Positions 47,846 to 59,500 of a stretch of DNA of 64,000 nt are shown here, piece by piece; the stretch's first letter is position 1, and every line of letters begins with the position of its first letter. The notes under the pieces are model-generated. The model was given only the letters and a program-made list of their open reading frames with translations, had not been told where the DNA came from and made no database searches. The DNA comes from a candidate division WOR-3 bacterium. GTDB taxonomy: Bacteria; Hydrothermota; Tepidihabitantia; SM23-42; JAOAFX01. The position numbers and the translations under genes are program-made. The DNA is taken from contig JBDRWI010000003.1 in assembly GCA_039802265.1 (NCBI GenBank), positions 2,072 through 66,071 of the forward strand, in the 5' to 3' direction.

Positions 47846-48546
47846 GGTATCCGCTCTTTTTCTAAAATTTCCCGGGCCATTATCGCATAGACAGAAGCCG
47901 GGTCCTTGATAATCAGTTCCTCAAGGACCTCCCTGGCTTCTTTTTTCCTTCCCATCTTTATCAAGACCCGCGCCTGAAGAATCTTGGCGCGGGGGAATTT
48001 ATGTTCAATAAAATCTCGGTCAAGCTGCATGAGAAATTTAAGGGCAAGATCAAATTGGTCTTCATTAAAATTGACAAGACCGAGATAGTAGAGTGCATAA
48101 CCTCCCACCCGGGTATTAATCAATTCCCTGAGGCTATCCCGGGCATCCTTGGTCTTATCAATCTCTATAAACAAAATTGCCCGTGCCAGTCTTTTCAGAT
48201 TTGCGGTATCGCCCCTTGCGTTCTCTATTAGATAGAGCCTTTCCAGGGCGTCATTGGCAATCTCATGGGAAGTAAAGCGACTGGCGGTTAAAAGGTAACT
48301 CTCCCGCGCCTCCAATATCCTTCCGGCAAAGAATAGATTTTCACCAATGAGAAAATTGATTAATGGATGGTAAGAAGGACAAAGTTTTTTTTCACATTCC
48401 CTTAAGAATAGATTGGCACTGTCCGATTTATTTTCGGCAAGATAGAGATTATTAATCTTTAATACCAGTTCAAATTCATTGGATTCCTTCAGTTGTTCCT
48501 TTAAGGAGTCAATCGTAGAATTCAAAAGAATAAGAAAAAGTATCAT
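47842..48546 (-). CDS. Exported TPR repeat protein
   Basis: Short hydrophobic N-terminus followed by TPR-like helices (ALYYLG, EAREVLEELI..DP). Confidence 0.75.
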   Translation of the reverse strand: MILFLILLNSTIDSLKEQLKESNEFELVLKINNLYLAENKSDSANLFLRECEKKLCPSYHPLINFLIGENLFFAGRILEARESYLLTASRFTSHEIANDALERLYLIENARGDTANLKRLARAILFIEIDKTKDARDSLRELINTRVGGYALYYLGLVNFNEDQFDLALKFLMQLDRDFIEHKFPRAKILQARVLIKMGRKKEAREVLEELIIKDPASVYAIMAREILEKERIP

Positions 48547-51500
48547 CTTTCCTGAAGAATTCGCCTGAAGTATTCTCGGATATAAATCTCATACTCCTGA
48601 GGATAGGGCTCCCTCAATGCTCTTTGTATCAATTCATTGAGTTCATCCCTTCCCAATTCCTGTGGGAGCGGGGGTGGGGAAGGTCTGATAACATCCTTCC
48701 CTGGTCTGCTCTTACGCTCCTTTGTCCAGTCCTCCTGTCTGATTGACTTCTCGGCATCAAGGAGCCGGGAGATGAGTAGTTGTTGCCGTTCAATCAGTTT
48801 CCGGTCCAGTTTATACTGATACAATGCCTCTTCAATATCCTGCATCTCTCTGCTGATCTCCTCAAGGAGTTCCTGATATTTGCCAGCACCAGGGGAATCC
48901 TTTAATGCCTCAATTGCCTCCCTCAATTCCCGCTGCCTGCCTGCCAGCCTTGAAATCTGTGCCATCTGTTCTTTGCTCAATCCCGAGACTGGAATCGGGA
49001 AGATGCCGAGCATCGATTGATTCATTGCCATCTGCCCCTGGGTAATTTCCGAAAGGCTTTTCAGGAACTGGTCCATCCCGGTTGATGAGCCACCAGACTC
49101 CATTGCCTTTTTCAGACTCTCAAGGATTTCTATACTGGCAAGGTTCAGTTGTCTCATCGCCTCCCTGATGTTGTCTTTATGGTCCATTCCCAGACTTGCA
49201 TCCCTTTGTGCCTGCTCCATCTCCTTTATTGCCCTTGCCAGCCGCTTACCCATCTGGGGTGTGACATAAAGACTCTTAACCTGCTGGGCATACAGGCTTT
49301 CCGCAACCGCCTTTGTTGAACCGGTTAGCGCTGATTGCAGGTCAATATCCAACTTTTCGCTATTTAAAATCTCCTCTTCAATTTTTGAGATTTCAATCAG
49401 ACGATTCAATACCTCCATCATATTCTTCCTTAAATTTGCCGTCCTCCCCTTGGTCAAGGATTCATAGAGTTGCTGCAGGTCTGCAGCGAGTTTATTTAAA
49501 TCACTTTCTGTCTTTGATAGATTATCCGGGTTAATTGGTGCCATTTCCCTTGCCTCGGTTGCCTTTTCACTTAAGGCACTGGCAATTTCAACTTCCTCCA
49601 GTTCTTGACTTAGTTTTTCAATCTGGTGGGCAAGGCTATCAATATTTTCAGCCAGGGTATCACAGGCACATTTTATCTCCTCTCCTTGTTGATATCTTTC
49701 ATTTAGGCGTTCGGACTTTTCGGCAAGTTCCTTTGCCTTTTCGGCAAGTTCTCTTAACCTTTCTTCTTGTTGGTATCTTTTAAGAATTTCCAGGGTTCGT
49801 TCAAGGGCTCGGGTAAACTCTTCCTGCAACTCTTTTAGATTTTCTAATGCCCTTCTAACCTCCTCCGGTTTCTTATCCAGTTCCAATTTCAAATCTTGCA
49901 ATGCCTGGCGCAATTCCTCCGGTGCTATTTCCTGCAAGATTCGGGTGATTTCCTGGAGCCTTTCAATTGATTTCTGGTCAAGAACAATCCCCTCCTTCAG
50001 CCTTTCAAGCGTTTTTTCCAATTCTTCCTGCCATTCTGAAATCTTTTTTAGAATCTGTTCCTCTTTACCAATCACCTCTTTTAAACGCTCCTTATCCAGA
50101 TAGGATAATTCCTTTTCTTTCTTTATCTTCTCTTCCATTCGCTTTATCTCACCCACATTTTCTTTATATAACTCCTGCAGGGAATTAAGGTCTGACTGGA
50201 GCTGGGCCTCCTTGCCACTCACCTCTTCGTAAATCTGTTCCATCGTTGGAAAATAGATATGATAAAATTTACTGCGGGAAGTCTGTCCGGAGTTGTCAGT
50301 TACCTCAACATAGTATGAAACCTCATCCCCGGGCAGAAGTCCCAAGCTTGATAAATTCCAGTCAAAGAATATCGTATCTTCTATGCTTCCCCGGTTGATT
50401 CTCAAGTTTATTTTTTTGTTTTCTTTTAAGTAATAATTAAGAACTGCCTTTTCAAGCCCGTAATCATCGCTGCACTTTATCCCTAATGTCAATTTCATAT
50501 CCTGGGGTAAATAGATATTGTATCCGGGATAGAATATCTCAACAATCGGAGCGAGGTTGCTGACTGAATAAATTGTTATAACCTCCTTCAATTCAGTCTG
50601 TGCCTTTAAGTAAAGTAATGCATTGCCGCTTGATTTTATTGTGAATCTACCTGTAAACTCATTATCCTGACAATCCAATTCTGTAGTATCACCATATTCA
50701 AATAAACCCCGGGAAAGATTCTGCGAGGCAATTCCTTTTACAAGGACTTCGGTACCAACCGGTGCTACAATATCTCTGGTAGTCTTAATCTCCTCTTTTA
50801 AGTGGGTATAGGCGGGATATTTCAGATGGAATTCAAGATGCCTCAGGACTAAGGGTTCAATTACCTGAAGTTTAATCTTCTCCGTTTTCCGTTCAAAGAT
50901 TCTAAAATAGAAGGTAAGAGATTTTTCAACAGTTACCTTTTTTCTGGCAATCCCATCGGTGAGAAAAATTTTCTCCCTTTTAGTAACTCCCCCTTCCTCG
51001 CTGATTAGTTCTACCGCCCTAGGCAGATAGAGATTGAATATGTGAAGTTTTAAGTCAATCTCAATTCCCTTGGGAACTGCCATTGTCCTAGGCAGCAATT
51101 GATACTCAATTTTACGGTTTAAAGAGAAGTAGAACCTTTTCGGAAAGAATGCCGGATATGACAGGAAAAGAATAACGGTGAGGAGAAAAAATAGGATTGA
51201 GCGATTAAATTTTTCAAAAGTTAAATATTTATTGATATCAATACTGCTAAATTTATCGGCGACGCTCTTTATAAAACCTTCAATCAATTCCCTTGAATAG
51301 CCCTCTTTATTACTCTTGGGGGATAAACAGAACTGGAGACTACCCACGAGTTCACCCTTAAAATTTATCTTTCGGTCAAGCATCCTCACCCTTTCTATAA
51401 AGGTCCTGGGACGATAGAATAGCAATGATAATATTCCAATTAGCCCATAAATTGGCGATTTCAACAAAAAGAGGGCAACAGTGATGGCGATTATAAATAT

Positions 51501-51593
51501 CCCAAGAGTAAAGAAGAGGGATGTGCCAAGGTCAATAAGCCTCTGTTTTTTATTATAAATCCTTATTTTATCAATTAATGGGTTTGATTCCAT
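48543..51593 (-). CDS. DUF4175-like membrane-anchored Ig + long coiled-coil protein
   Basis: N-terminal TMs, YPAYT, DDYGL, LLPGDEVSYYVEVTDN, long coiled coil, SRLLDAEKS and Y...YF C-terminus. Confidence 0.78.
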   Translation of the reverse strand: MESNPLIDKIRIYNKKQRLIDLGTSLFFTLGIFIIAITVALFLLKSPIYGLIGILSLLFYRPRTFIERVRMLDRKINFKGELVGSLQFCLSPKSNKEGYSRELIEGFIKSVADKFSSIDINKYLTFEKFNRSILFFLLTVILFLSYPAFFPKRFYFSLNRKIEYQLLPRTMAVPKGIEIDLKLHIFNLYLPRAVELISEEGGVTKREKIFLTDGIARKKVTVEKSLTFYFRIFERKTEKIKLQVIEPLVLRHLEFHLKYPAYTHLKEEIKTTRDIVAPVGTEVLVKGIASQNLSRGLFEYGDTTELDCQDNEFTGRFTIKSSGNALLYLKAQTELKEVITIYSVSNLAPIVEIFYPGYNIYLPQDMKLTLGIKCSDDYGLEKAVLNYYLKENKKINLRINRGSIEDTIFFDWNLSSLGLLPGDEVSYYVEVTDNSGQTSRSKFYHIYFPTMEQIYEEVSGKEAQLQSDLNSLQELYKENVGEIKRMEEKIKKEKELSYLDKERLKEVIGKEEQILKKISEWQEELEKTLERLKEGIVLDQKSIERLQEITRILQEIAPEELRQALQDLKLELDKKPEEVRRALENLKELQEEFTRALERTLEILKRYQQEERLRELAEKAKELAEKSERLNERYQQGEEIKCACDTLAENIDSLAHQIEKLSQELEEVEIASALSEKATEAREMAPINPDNLSKTESDLNKLAADLQQLYESLTKGRTANLRKNMMEVLNRLIEISKIEEEILNSEKLDIDLQSALTGSTKAVAESLYAQQVKSLYVTPQMGKRLARAIKEMEQAQRDASLGMDHKDNIREAMRQLNLASIEILESLKKAMESGGSSTGMDQFLKSLSEITQGQMAMNQSMLGIFPIPVSGLSKEQMAQISRLAGRQRELREAIEALKDSPGAGKYQELLEEISREMQDIEEALYQYKLDRKLIERQQLLISRLLDAEKSIRQEDWTKERKSRPGKDVIRPSPPPLPQELGRDELNELIQRALREPYPQEYEIYIREYFRRILQER

Positions 51594-51600
51594 TTTATCT

Positions 51601-52233
51601 TCAGTGGGTTAAGGCATAGACGACGATATTGATACCCATCTTCAGTGCTGCCTCGCGCTTTTCCGGTGGGTCATTATGAACATCAGGGTCTTCCCAGCCA
51701 TCTCCCAGGTCACACTCATAGGTATAGAATACGACAAGACGATTCTGGTAAAAAATTCCAAACCCCTGTGGCGGTTTGCCATCATGTTCGTGAATCTTGG
51801 GTAGACCATTAGGAAAATCATAACAACAGTGGTAGATCGGATGGTCGAAGGGTAATTCAATTAAAGGAGAGTCAGGAAAGACCCTTTTAATTTCCTTTCT
51901 AAAAGAGGAATCCATACCGTAATTGTCATCCGCATGTAAAAAGCCACCACGGGCAAAATAATTTCTCAAAATTTTTATCTCCTCATCCGTGAAATGGACA
52001 TTGCCGTGACCGGTCATATAGAGGTAGGGATATTCAAATAGTCTGGGGTCGGTTATCTCTACAATTTCTTCATTGGGTCTGGCCCTGATTGTGGTACGCT
52101 GATTTATCTCTTTTAATAGATTGGACAGGGAAGATGGATTTGCATACCAGTCACCACCACCACCATACTTCAGGCGCGCAATCGTAAAGTCATACTGATT
52201 TAATAATAGAACTAAAATCCAGAGCATATTCAC
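51601..52233 (-). CDS. DUF4159 domain protein
   Basis: ARLKYGGGGDWY, YMTGHG, GGFLHADDNYG and DLGDGWED. GTG 52233 lies 7 nt after TATAAT (52246-52241). Confidence 0.88.
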   Translation of the reverse strand: MNMLWILVLLLNQYDFTIARLKYGGGGDWYANPSSLSNLLKEINQRTTIRARPNEEIVEITDPRLFEYPYLYMTGHGNVHFTDEEIKILRNYFARGGFLHADDNYGMDSSFRKEIKRVFPDSPLIELPFDHPIYHCCYDFPNGLPKIHEHDGKPPQGFGIFYQNRLVVFYTYECDLGDGWEDPDVHNDPPEKREAALKMGINIVVYALTH

Positions 52234-52485
52234 AATGCTTATTATAAGCCGAAATAGAGTTATGTCAAGACTCCGTCGCCCTCGCCACCCACACTTTTTG
52301 TCTAATCCGTGGTTAAAGCACGAAGTGATAGCCGCATTATACAATTTTACCACCCTGACCTGAAATAATGGTTGAGGTGAAATGTCCTTAGTGATATAAT
52401 GATAATTAGCGTTTGGAATGTGAAGAATTTACTACCCGGTGGGGATTAAAAAGGGAAGAGTGATTAGGTGATTTAAACCGAAGAC

Positions 52486-52513
52486 TTGACAAATGACAAA
52501 ATTTGCATATAAT
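52486..52513 (+). promoter_or_regulatory. Sigma70-type promoter of rho, with a ~200 nt leader
   Basis: TTGACA, 16 nt, TATAAT; AAGGAGG RBS before ATG 52719. Confidence 0.65.
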
Positions 52514-52718
52514 TACTATACTCTGCAATAAAGGAATTGAAAGAATTCCATTGGAGTTTATTTGGCCGGTAATCTGCAGATGTGGATTATTGCAATTTTT
52601 AGTGAATCAGGCAACCACAAGTCGTAGGATGGCTGGGCTATTTATAAGAGCTTGGTTGGGGGTTCAGGAACCTGTCTGATATACACCCCTTGATTGAATT
52701 TAAGGAGGTATTAAAATT

Positions 52719-53972
52719 ATGGAGATAACCGAGCTTAAAAAGAAGAAGGTCTCGGAACTTCATACTATTGCAAAGGAACTGGGTCTTGAGAATTATACTG
52801 ACTTGAAGAAACAGGACCTGATTCATGCAATAATTGAGGCCGAGACAAAAAGGGCGGAGCTGGTGCCGGTTGAGGGTGTCTTACAGATTCATCCCGAGGG
52901 CTATGGCTTTTTAAGGTCACCAAATTACAACTACCTCCAGAGTCCGGATGATATCTATCTCTCAATGTCCCAGATTCGTAAGTTCAATCTTAAGGTTGGT
53001 GATACGATACGGGGACTTGCCCGGCCGCCCAGGGAAGGCGAGCGCTACTTCGCAATGATAAAGATTGAGTATGTCAACGGCATTCCCTTGGCGGAGTTTA
53101 GTGGACGAATTCTCTTTGACAATCTTACACCCCTTTATCCAAATGAAAGGATTCATCTTGAAGTGGAAGGAAAGAATGACCTCTCGATGCGGATAATTGA
53201 CCTCTTTACGCCGATTGGTAAGGGACAGCGCGGCCTTATCGTTTCCCCGCCACGGGCGGGCAAGACCGTTATCCTTCAGAAGATTGCCAATTCTATAACT
53301 GCCAATCATCCTGAGATTTACCTGATTGTTTTGTTGATTGATGAGCGGCCCGAAGAGGTAACCGATTTTGAACGTTCAGTGCAGGCCGAGGTAATATCCT
53401 CAACATTTGATGAAACACCAGAGCGTCACACTGAGGTTGCTGAAATTATCCTGGAAAGGGCAAAACGAATGGTTGAATCAAAGAAGGATGTAGTGATTCT
53501 CTTGGATAGTCTCACCCGTCTTGCCCGTGCCCACAATGCAGTTGTGCCTCACTCGGGCAAAACACTATCGGGCGGACTTGACTCCACTGCTCTGCAAAAG
53601 CCAAAGAAATTCTTCGGCTCGGCACGCAAGATTGAAGAAGGAGGAAGCCTTACGATTATCGCTACTGCATTAATAGATACGGGCAGTAGAATGGATGAGG
53701 TCATCTTTGAAGAGTTTAAAGGAACCGGTAATCTGGAACTTGTGCTTGACCGTCGCCTTTCTGACCGGCGAATATTCCCAGCCCTTGACCTGTACAAATC
53801 AGGAACCAGGAAAGAAGAACTCCTGCTTACGGAGTTTGAACTGAATCGGCTCTGGATTCTACGCAAACTCCTTTCCGAGATGAATACAATTGAACAGATG
53901 GAATTTATTATTGAAAAGATGCAGCGGACTAAGAATAATCGGGAATTCTTAGAATCAATGAGTGAATCATAA
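52719..53972 (+). CDS. rho: Transcription termination factor Rho
   Basis: [30 protein letters not shown] and FEEFKGTGN. Confidence 0.98.
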   Translation: MEITELKKKKVSELHTIAKELGLENYTDLKKQDLIHAIIEAETKRAELVPVEGVLQIHPEGYGFLRSPNYNYLQSPDDIYLSMSQIRKFNLKVGDTIRGLARPPREGERYFAMIKIEYVNGIPLAEFSGRILFDNLTPLYPNERIHLEVEGKNDLSMRIIDLFTPIGKGQRGLIVSPPRAGKTVILQKIANSITANHPEIYLIVLLIDERPEEVTDFERSVQAEVISSTFDETPERHTEVAEIILERAKRMVESKKDVVILLDSLTRLARAHNAVVPHSGKTLSGGLDSTALQKPKKFFGSARKIEEGGSLTIIATALIDTGSRMDEVIFEEFKGTGNLELVLDRRLSDRRIFPALDLYKSGTRKEELLLTEFELNRLWILRKLLSEMNTIEQMEFIIEKMQRTKNNREFLESMSES

Positions 53973-53987
53973 AATCAGGAGGAATAA

Positions 53988-54221
53988 ATGAAGAAAGATA
54001 TTCACCCCAAATATTTTGATTGTGTAATAACCTGTGCCTGTGGCAACAAAATCCAGACGCGGTCAACAAAAGAAAAGATCTCCGTTGATATCTGCGCCAA
54101 TTGTCATCCATTTTTTACCGGCAAACAAAAGATCGTTGATTCCGCAGGGCGGGTTGAGAAGTTTATCAGTAAATATCAAAAGGTAAAAAGACTATCCAGA
54201 AAAAGGACGAAGTCGGAGTAA
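53988..54221 (+). CDS. rpmE: 50S ribosomal protein L31 (zinc-binding type)
   Basis: [21 protein letters not shown] and GRVEKF. Confidence 0.97.
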   Translation: MKKDIHPKYFDCVITCACGNKIQTRSTKEKISVDICANCHPFFTGKQKIVDSAGRVEKFISKYQKVKRLSRKRTKSE

Positions 54222-54224
54222 AAG

Positions 54225-55359
54225 ATGAAAAAGCCACCGAATCTGAAAAATGTCTCTTTTGGAGAAATAAAGAACCTGGAGGGTAGGTTTAACCTTCTGA
54301 AGGAGTATCTTTGACCCCCAAAAAATTCTCAATGAGATAAAAAAACTGCAGGAAAAGACCCTACAGCCCGACTTCTGGAACGACCGCCAGCAGGCGCAAA
54401 AAATTATGAGTGAAATTGACCGTAAGCAGACATTGCTTGATACAGTGAATAATATCTCACAGCAGTTCTCCTTCATAAACGAACTGCTTGATTTGGAGAT
54501 AGATGATGCGAAACTCTCCTCAGAGATAATGACCGAGGTGAAGGAAATAGAAAAGAGAATAAGGGATCTGGAGTTCAAACTTTTACTCGGAGGAGAGGAT
54601 GATATAAAAAATTGTATAATGACAATCCACCCCGGGGCAGGCGGAACCGAGGCCTGTGATTGGGCAGAGATGCTAATGCGGATGTATCTGAGATACCTTC
54701 AGATAAAAAAATTTACCTATCGCATTCTTGACCTTTTACCCGGTGATGTGGCTGGGGTCAAGGATGTAACGCTTGAGGTAACGGGGAAATATGCCTACGG
54801 ACTGTTGAAGGCAGAAACAGGTATCCATCGCCTGGTGCGAATCTCACCATTTGATGCCAACCAGAAGCGGCATACCTCTTTCGCCTCGGTATTTGTCTAT
54901 CCTGAGGTGGAAGAGGTAAGTTTTGAAATTAAAGAAGAGGACTTAAAGATCGATACCTTCCGGGCAGGCGGCCATGGTGGGCAGAATGTCAATAAGGTCT
55001 CCTCGGCAGTTAGAATTACCCACATCCCGACGGGGATTGTTGTCCAGTGCCAGAATGAACGTTCCCAATTCCAAAATAAAATGAATGCGATGAAGGTCCT
55101 TCGTTCCCGGCTCTATGATTACTACAAACGAAAGGAAGAAGAAAAATTGAATGAACTTGAATCTAAGAAAACGGATATTGCCTGGGGACACCAGATTCGT
55201 TCTTATATCTTTCATCCCTACAAACTTGTTAAAGACCATCGCACTGATTATGAAACAACACAGGTTGAGAAAGTAATGGATGGTGAACTTGATGATTTTA
55301 TCTATTCCTATCTGCTGATGGATTCCCAGAAGAGTAAAAAACTGAATGGTGTAGGTTAA
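54225..55359 (+). CDS. prfB: Peptide chain release factor 2 with programmed +1 frameshift
   Basis: The frame from ATG 54225 ends at CTT TGA C (54309-54315), preceded by AGGAG. The +1 frame (DPQKIL...PDFWND) is in phase with ORF 54406..55359, which carries SPF and GGQ. Confidence 0.95.
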
Positions 55360-55412
55360 ACATCTATTGACTTTAAACTTAAATTTTATATAATTGAATG
55401 TAAGGAGGTATA

Positions 55413-56021
55413 ATGAGACAAATCCTTTTCGCATCTTTAATTTTTGTTCTTTTTTTTACCTTATGTGGTGCGCCACAACCACCTGCAACAGGTGGACAAC
55501 CCGGTCGGATAGATGTTGCGTATGGTCTACTCGGCGAAAATGAGCTCCAACGATTATTAAGAGCGCTACCTACTTTTATAGAGGTGATTGAAAAAGAAGG
55601 TAGAGATTTTGATTTTAAAGAAGACCCCGGGAATTTGCTTTCTGCCTATCAGTCGATGGCACTATTAAATAAAGAAATCGCCGAACTTGATGCCCGGTTG
55701 CGTACCGCCGGCATGGGCTGGAATGAATTCTGGCCTGCGTATGGTAAGACGATGTTTGCCTATACTGCAATCCTTTTTGATTCTTTAAAAGGAGAGATGA
55801 AGAAAAACGAAGCAGAGATGAAAAATATGGAATCAAGGTTGAAGGACCCGAAGGTCTCCGAAATGGAAAAGAATATCTTAAAACAGTCCCTTGAGGCAAT
55901 GAAGGCAATGACCAAAATGTGGAGTGACCTTGATACAATTTATGCCAAGGTTCCTCAGGCGAATAAAGACCTGGTTAAGAGGTATTTTAAGGAACTGACT
56001 AACATCTTGGACCGGGATTAG
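55413..56021 (+). CDS. Hypothetical helical lipoprotein
   Basis: AAGGAGG RBS, signal ending FTLC, own promoter TTGACT 55367 / TATAAT 55389. Confidence 0.7.
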   Translation: MRQILFASLIFVLFFTLCGAPQPPATGGQPGRIDVAYGLLGENELQRLLRALPTFIEVIEKEGRDFDFKEDPGNLLSAYQSMALLNKEIAELDARLRTAGMGWNEFWPAYGKTMFAYTAILFDSLKGEMKKNEAEMKNMESRLKDPKVSEMEKNILKQSLEAMKAMTKMWSDLDTIYAKVPQANKDLVKRYFKELTNILDRD

Positions 56022-56180
56022 ATCTTAATATTTGCTTGAGTTTAATTCTTAAGGATCTTATCCTTTTAATTTTTCCCTGATAGATTGTAAGTCAAGGGTT
56101 TTAGCCTCCCGTAACATAGGTCTAAAGTAAAAGATTCAATTTTATTTTCTTTGTAATAGGTAAGTTTTCCCCAAAAAATT

Positions 56181-56380
56181 GTAGGGCAAGGCTTTAGCCT
56201 TGCAAATGTAGGGACAGCCTTTATGGTGTCCCACGGACAGGGATAAACCCTGCCCCTACAATTGCTGCGAGGATTCTGGGTCGCGGTTAGAAACCGCTCC
56301 TACAAAAAGAAATATTGTAGGAGGGGCTTCCAGCCCCGATAAATATCAAGAATTCAGGGCGAAACTGCTGATGTATCTTG
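56181..56380. repeat. Cluster of five GTAG-type REP-like palindromes plus a decayed CAGGG...CTGATG repeat
   Basis: GTAG-led hairpins at 56181(+), 56208(+), 56235-56259(-), 56281-56303(-) and 56317(+). Confidence 0.8.
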
Positions 56381-56566
56381 AGTGAGTTTGGGAAAAACTA
56401 AACTGTTGCGTTTTTCTTTTTTATTGGGGTCATTTTTGGTGCCCCGCGTTTCAATAAGGCAACATTATGCAAAAATTTATACTTGTTTCCCAAAATTCGA
56501 TTACTTCTTTTCTGCACTTCTTCTTTGCTTGTTCGCAATGGATTGAATTTAGCCGAGACAGTTAAA

Positions 56567-59500
56567 TTATCGTAATAAGACGACTTCCGCTGTCGCCTTT
56601 GACTGTGCCATCTGATATATTACATAATACACACCTGAGGGCAACTTACGATTAAAGTCATCCTTACCATCCCAGAAAAGTTCATAGAATCCTGCCTGTT
56701 TTTCACCATTGAAAATTGTTTTGACTTTCTGTCCGAGCACATTATAGATTTTTAGACTGTAATTGCCGTAACTGCTCACTTGAACTTTAATTTTTATAGA
56801 ATTGCGAAATGGATTGGGAGAAATTGAGAGAAAATGTTTGTTTATGGGAATATTACGGATTTCCTTTTCAGTAATCCCTAATTTGTGTCTGATTAACTTA
56901 AAACAACTTGCAGTCCCTGTTCCAATATGAAAGCCAGGACCTAAGAGCGGTACCCAATACACGGTATCTGTATCCCCGCCCATTGTATAAAACCAGCCGG
57001 AATCTGATTTGAGTGCCATAAATTGGCACCCACTAATTCGGGGCATTGGATGTTCAGGCAATGCAAGATATTGCCTGGAATTTGGGTCATACTCCCAGAC
57101 TTTATTTAACTTTTCTGCATGTGGCCTACGCCCATATGCTCCTCCAACCATATATATCCTGTCATCATATAGATTAGCACTGCTCAGACATACAGGATAA
57201 GGGAGGGTATCATAAAAGCCCCAGATAATTGAATCCGGTTGGCTCACCTGAATATCTCCTACAATGATTGAATCAAAAAGGAAAAAACCAAGAGTCGCAT
57301 ATTCTCCACCAATAAGATAGATTGTATTATTTAAGATACAGGCCGGGCCACTCAAGAATTGCTGATTAAAATTTGAACATTCATAAAAGGTATCAAGGGC
57401 TGGATTATATAAGTGAACCCTATAATTATGTAGTCCACCAATACAATAGATTAACGAATCATTCCAGACTACCCTTGCTGCGGAGGCAGTATATGGCCAA
57501 GGGAATGTATCACCTTCATACCAGGTATTATTTTCAATATCATAAATCTGATTTTTATTAACGCTTGCATACGAAGAATCGAAGCCTCCAATAATGTAGA
57601 TTTTACGCTTGCAATATGCCCCATATATAAAATTTAATGGATAAGGCATTGGAGTTTTTATAGTCCAGGTATCTGAAAGGGGGTCGTATTCCCAGCAGTT
57701 GTTTTGCACTGGATTCGTTTGACCTAATAGTGGATTGTAATACGGAGAGCCTCCGATTACATAAATCTTATCATTGAATGGCGAATAGACTGTGGCGTGC
57801 GCCATCCGAGGTTCTGGCATAGATGCAATACGCCGCCATTCATAAATCCTGACTTCTATTTCCTTAAAAAGTGTATCATTATAAGGGTCCAAGTCGTGAA
57901 CCAAGTTGGTAATTGCACAGACACGATATTTCCCCGGAATATGAAAGGGTAACCATGCTGGAAAAATAGCACTAATTGTATCTCGTGAAGATAGGTTGAA
58001 TATGTTGACTGTCTCATCGTAGATAATAGAAAGGTCTTTGGTGATAATAAGTCGCACAGGGAAAGATTCAGCATTTGCACCGCTATTCATCACTAAGACC
58101 CTTGGAATAATTGTTGTATCGGTATAGGTAATTGAATCAGGTTCAATAATCTTCAACGGTCGCACATCGTGTTCAAGGAGATTACCAAGGCAAAGATATG
58201 AGCGAATTATATGGTCACCGTCATAGTAATCTTGCTTCTGCCAGACCCCATTTAATCTTACCCATTTGTATTGCGGATAATCTGTAATACTGTCAATTCC
58301 AACTGCCTCGGTCCCTTTACAAGGAATATTTCTCATTCCCACCCAGAAGTTTCCGTAATTTATTACCAGACTATCGGGTGGTATTCCATAGACCCAGGAT
58401 GGAGGTATTGTATCACCTTTTATAATATCACACCACACTGGGGGCTCGTCAGGGATACCATCGTGTGTTCTATCAAACCAGATGCCAATCTCAAATGGGT
58501 CTGGGGTAGAATCCGGCCATGTCCAATTAGGGTCTCCTTTTGATAATAAATAGATAGCAACATATTTTATCAAACAAGGATAATATGGTGGGATAAATTC
58601 CGTGGCAATAACATCATCTTCAGAATGGAAATAATAACCCGTCCTTACTACACCATCATCCCAGCGCCCTGAATCGCTGACTATTCCCGGCGCCTTTAGC
58701 CTTTTGGATAATGTATCATCACGATTTACAGTATCACCAGGCAGTTCGGTATATAAAATTGTCTCGTAATCAAAAAATTCAGCAGGCAACCAAGGGGTAA
58801 ATATAACATCAGTCTTGGCATTAGAAGGAAGATTGCTAACATATTGAACATCAGAGAAAATCTCTATACCCATAGAATCAATCTTGCAGACAACTGGAAA
58901 AGAAACAGTTGATTGCCCACGATTCTTTACCCTTAATACGAGATTAACCGGTGTATTGGGAGTTAATAAATTGCCATCGGTTGGTGACAGAAGTTCAACA
59001 ACACCGACATTAGAATCGGGTGGTGGAATATAATAGAATCTTATTGCATATTGATTGGTTATATTCTCCTGATAGGCAACAAGTCCAACCTCCCCATTAC
59101 CATCCTCTATACCAATTGTAGAGGGAACTTCAAGCCAGTCAGGTGCAGAATGGTATTGAAATGTGATTGAAGAGTCTTGGGAATTTAATATAATCTCAAA
59201 TTTATAAGGTCCATCACCATTATAACCGAATACACTATCCCATTCAACAATAAATTTCCCGTTATAAGTGCCATAATTTGCTGAACCATAACCAAAATAT
59301 CCAGGAAATAAATCGCAGGCAAACGGTGCGATTGTATTATTCGGTTCATAAACATAAGGAATTGGCACATTAAAACTTGTGCTTTTTGATGTAAAGGAAA
59401 TCCAGCCATTGGAACAAATCCTTATTGAATCAAAGTTAATACCGTAGAACCAGAACGGCGCAGGTAACGGGATTGGTCCGATGTTTACATCGTCACCAGT

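Noticed and set aside
54406-55359. Truncated RF2 or pseudogene
   Set aside because: Explained by the programmed +1 frameshift at 54309-54315.
56181-56380. CRISPR array
   Set aside because: The units differ in sequence, orientation and spacing, and no cas genes are present.
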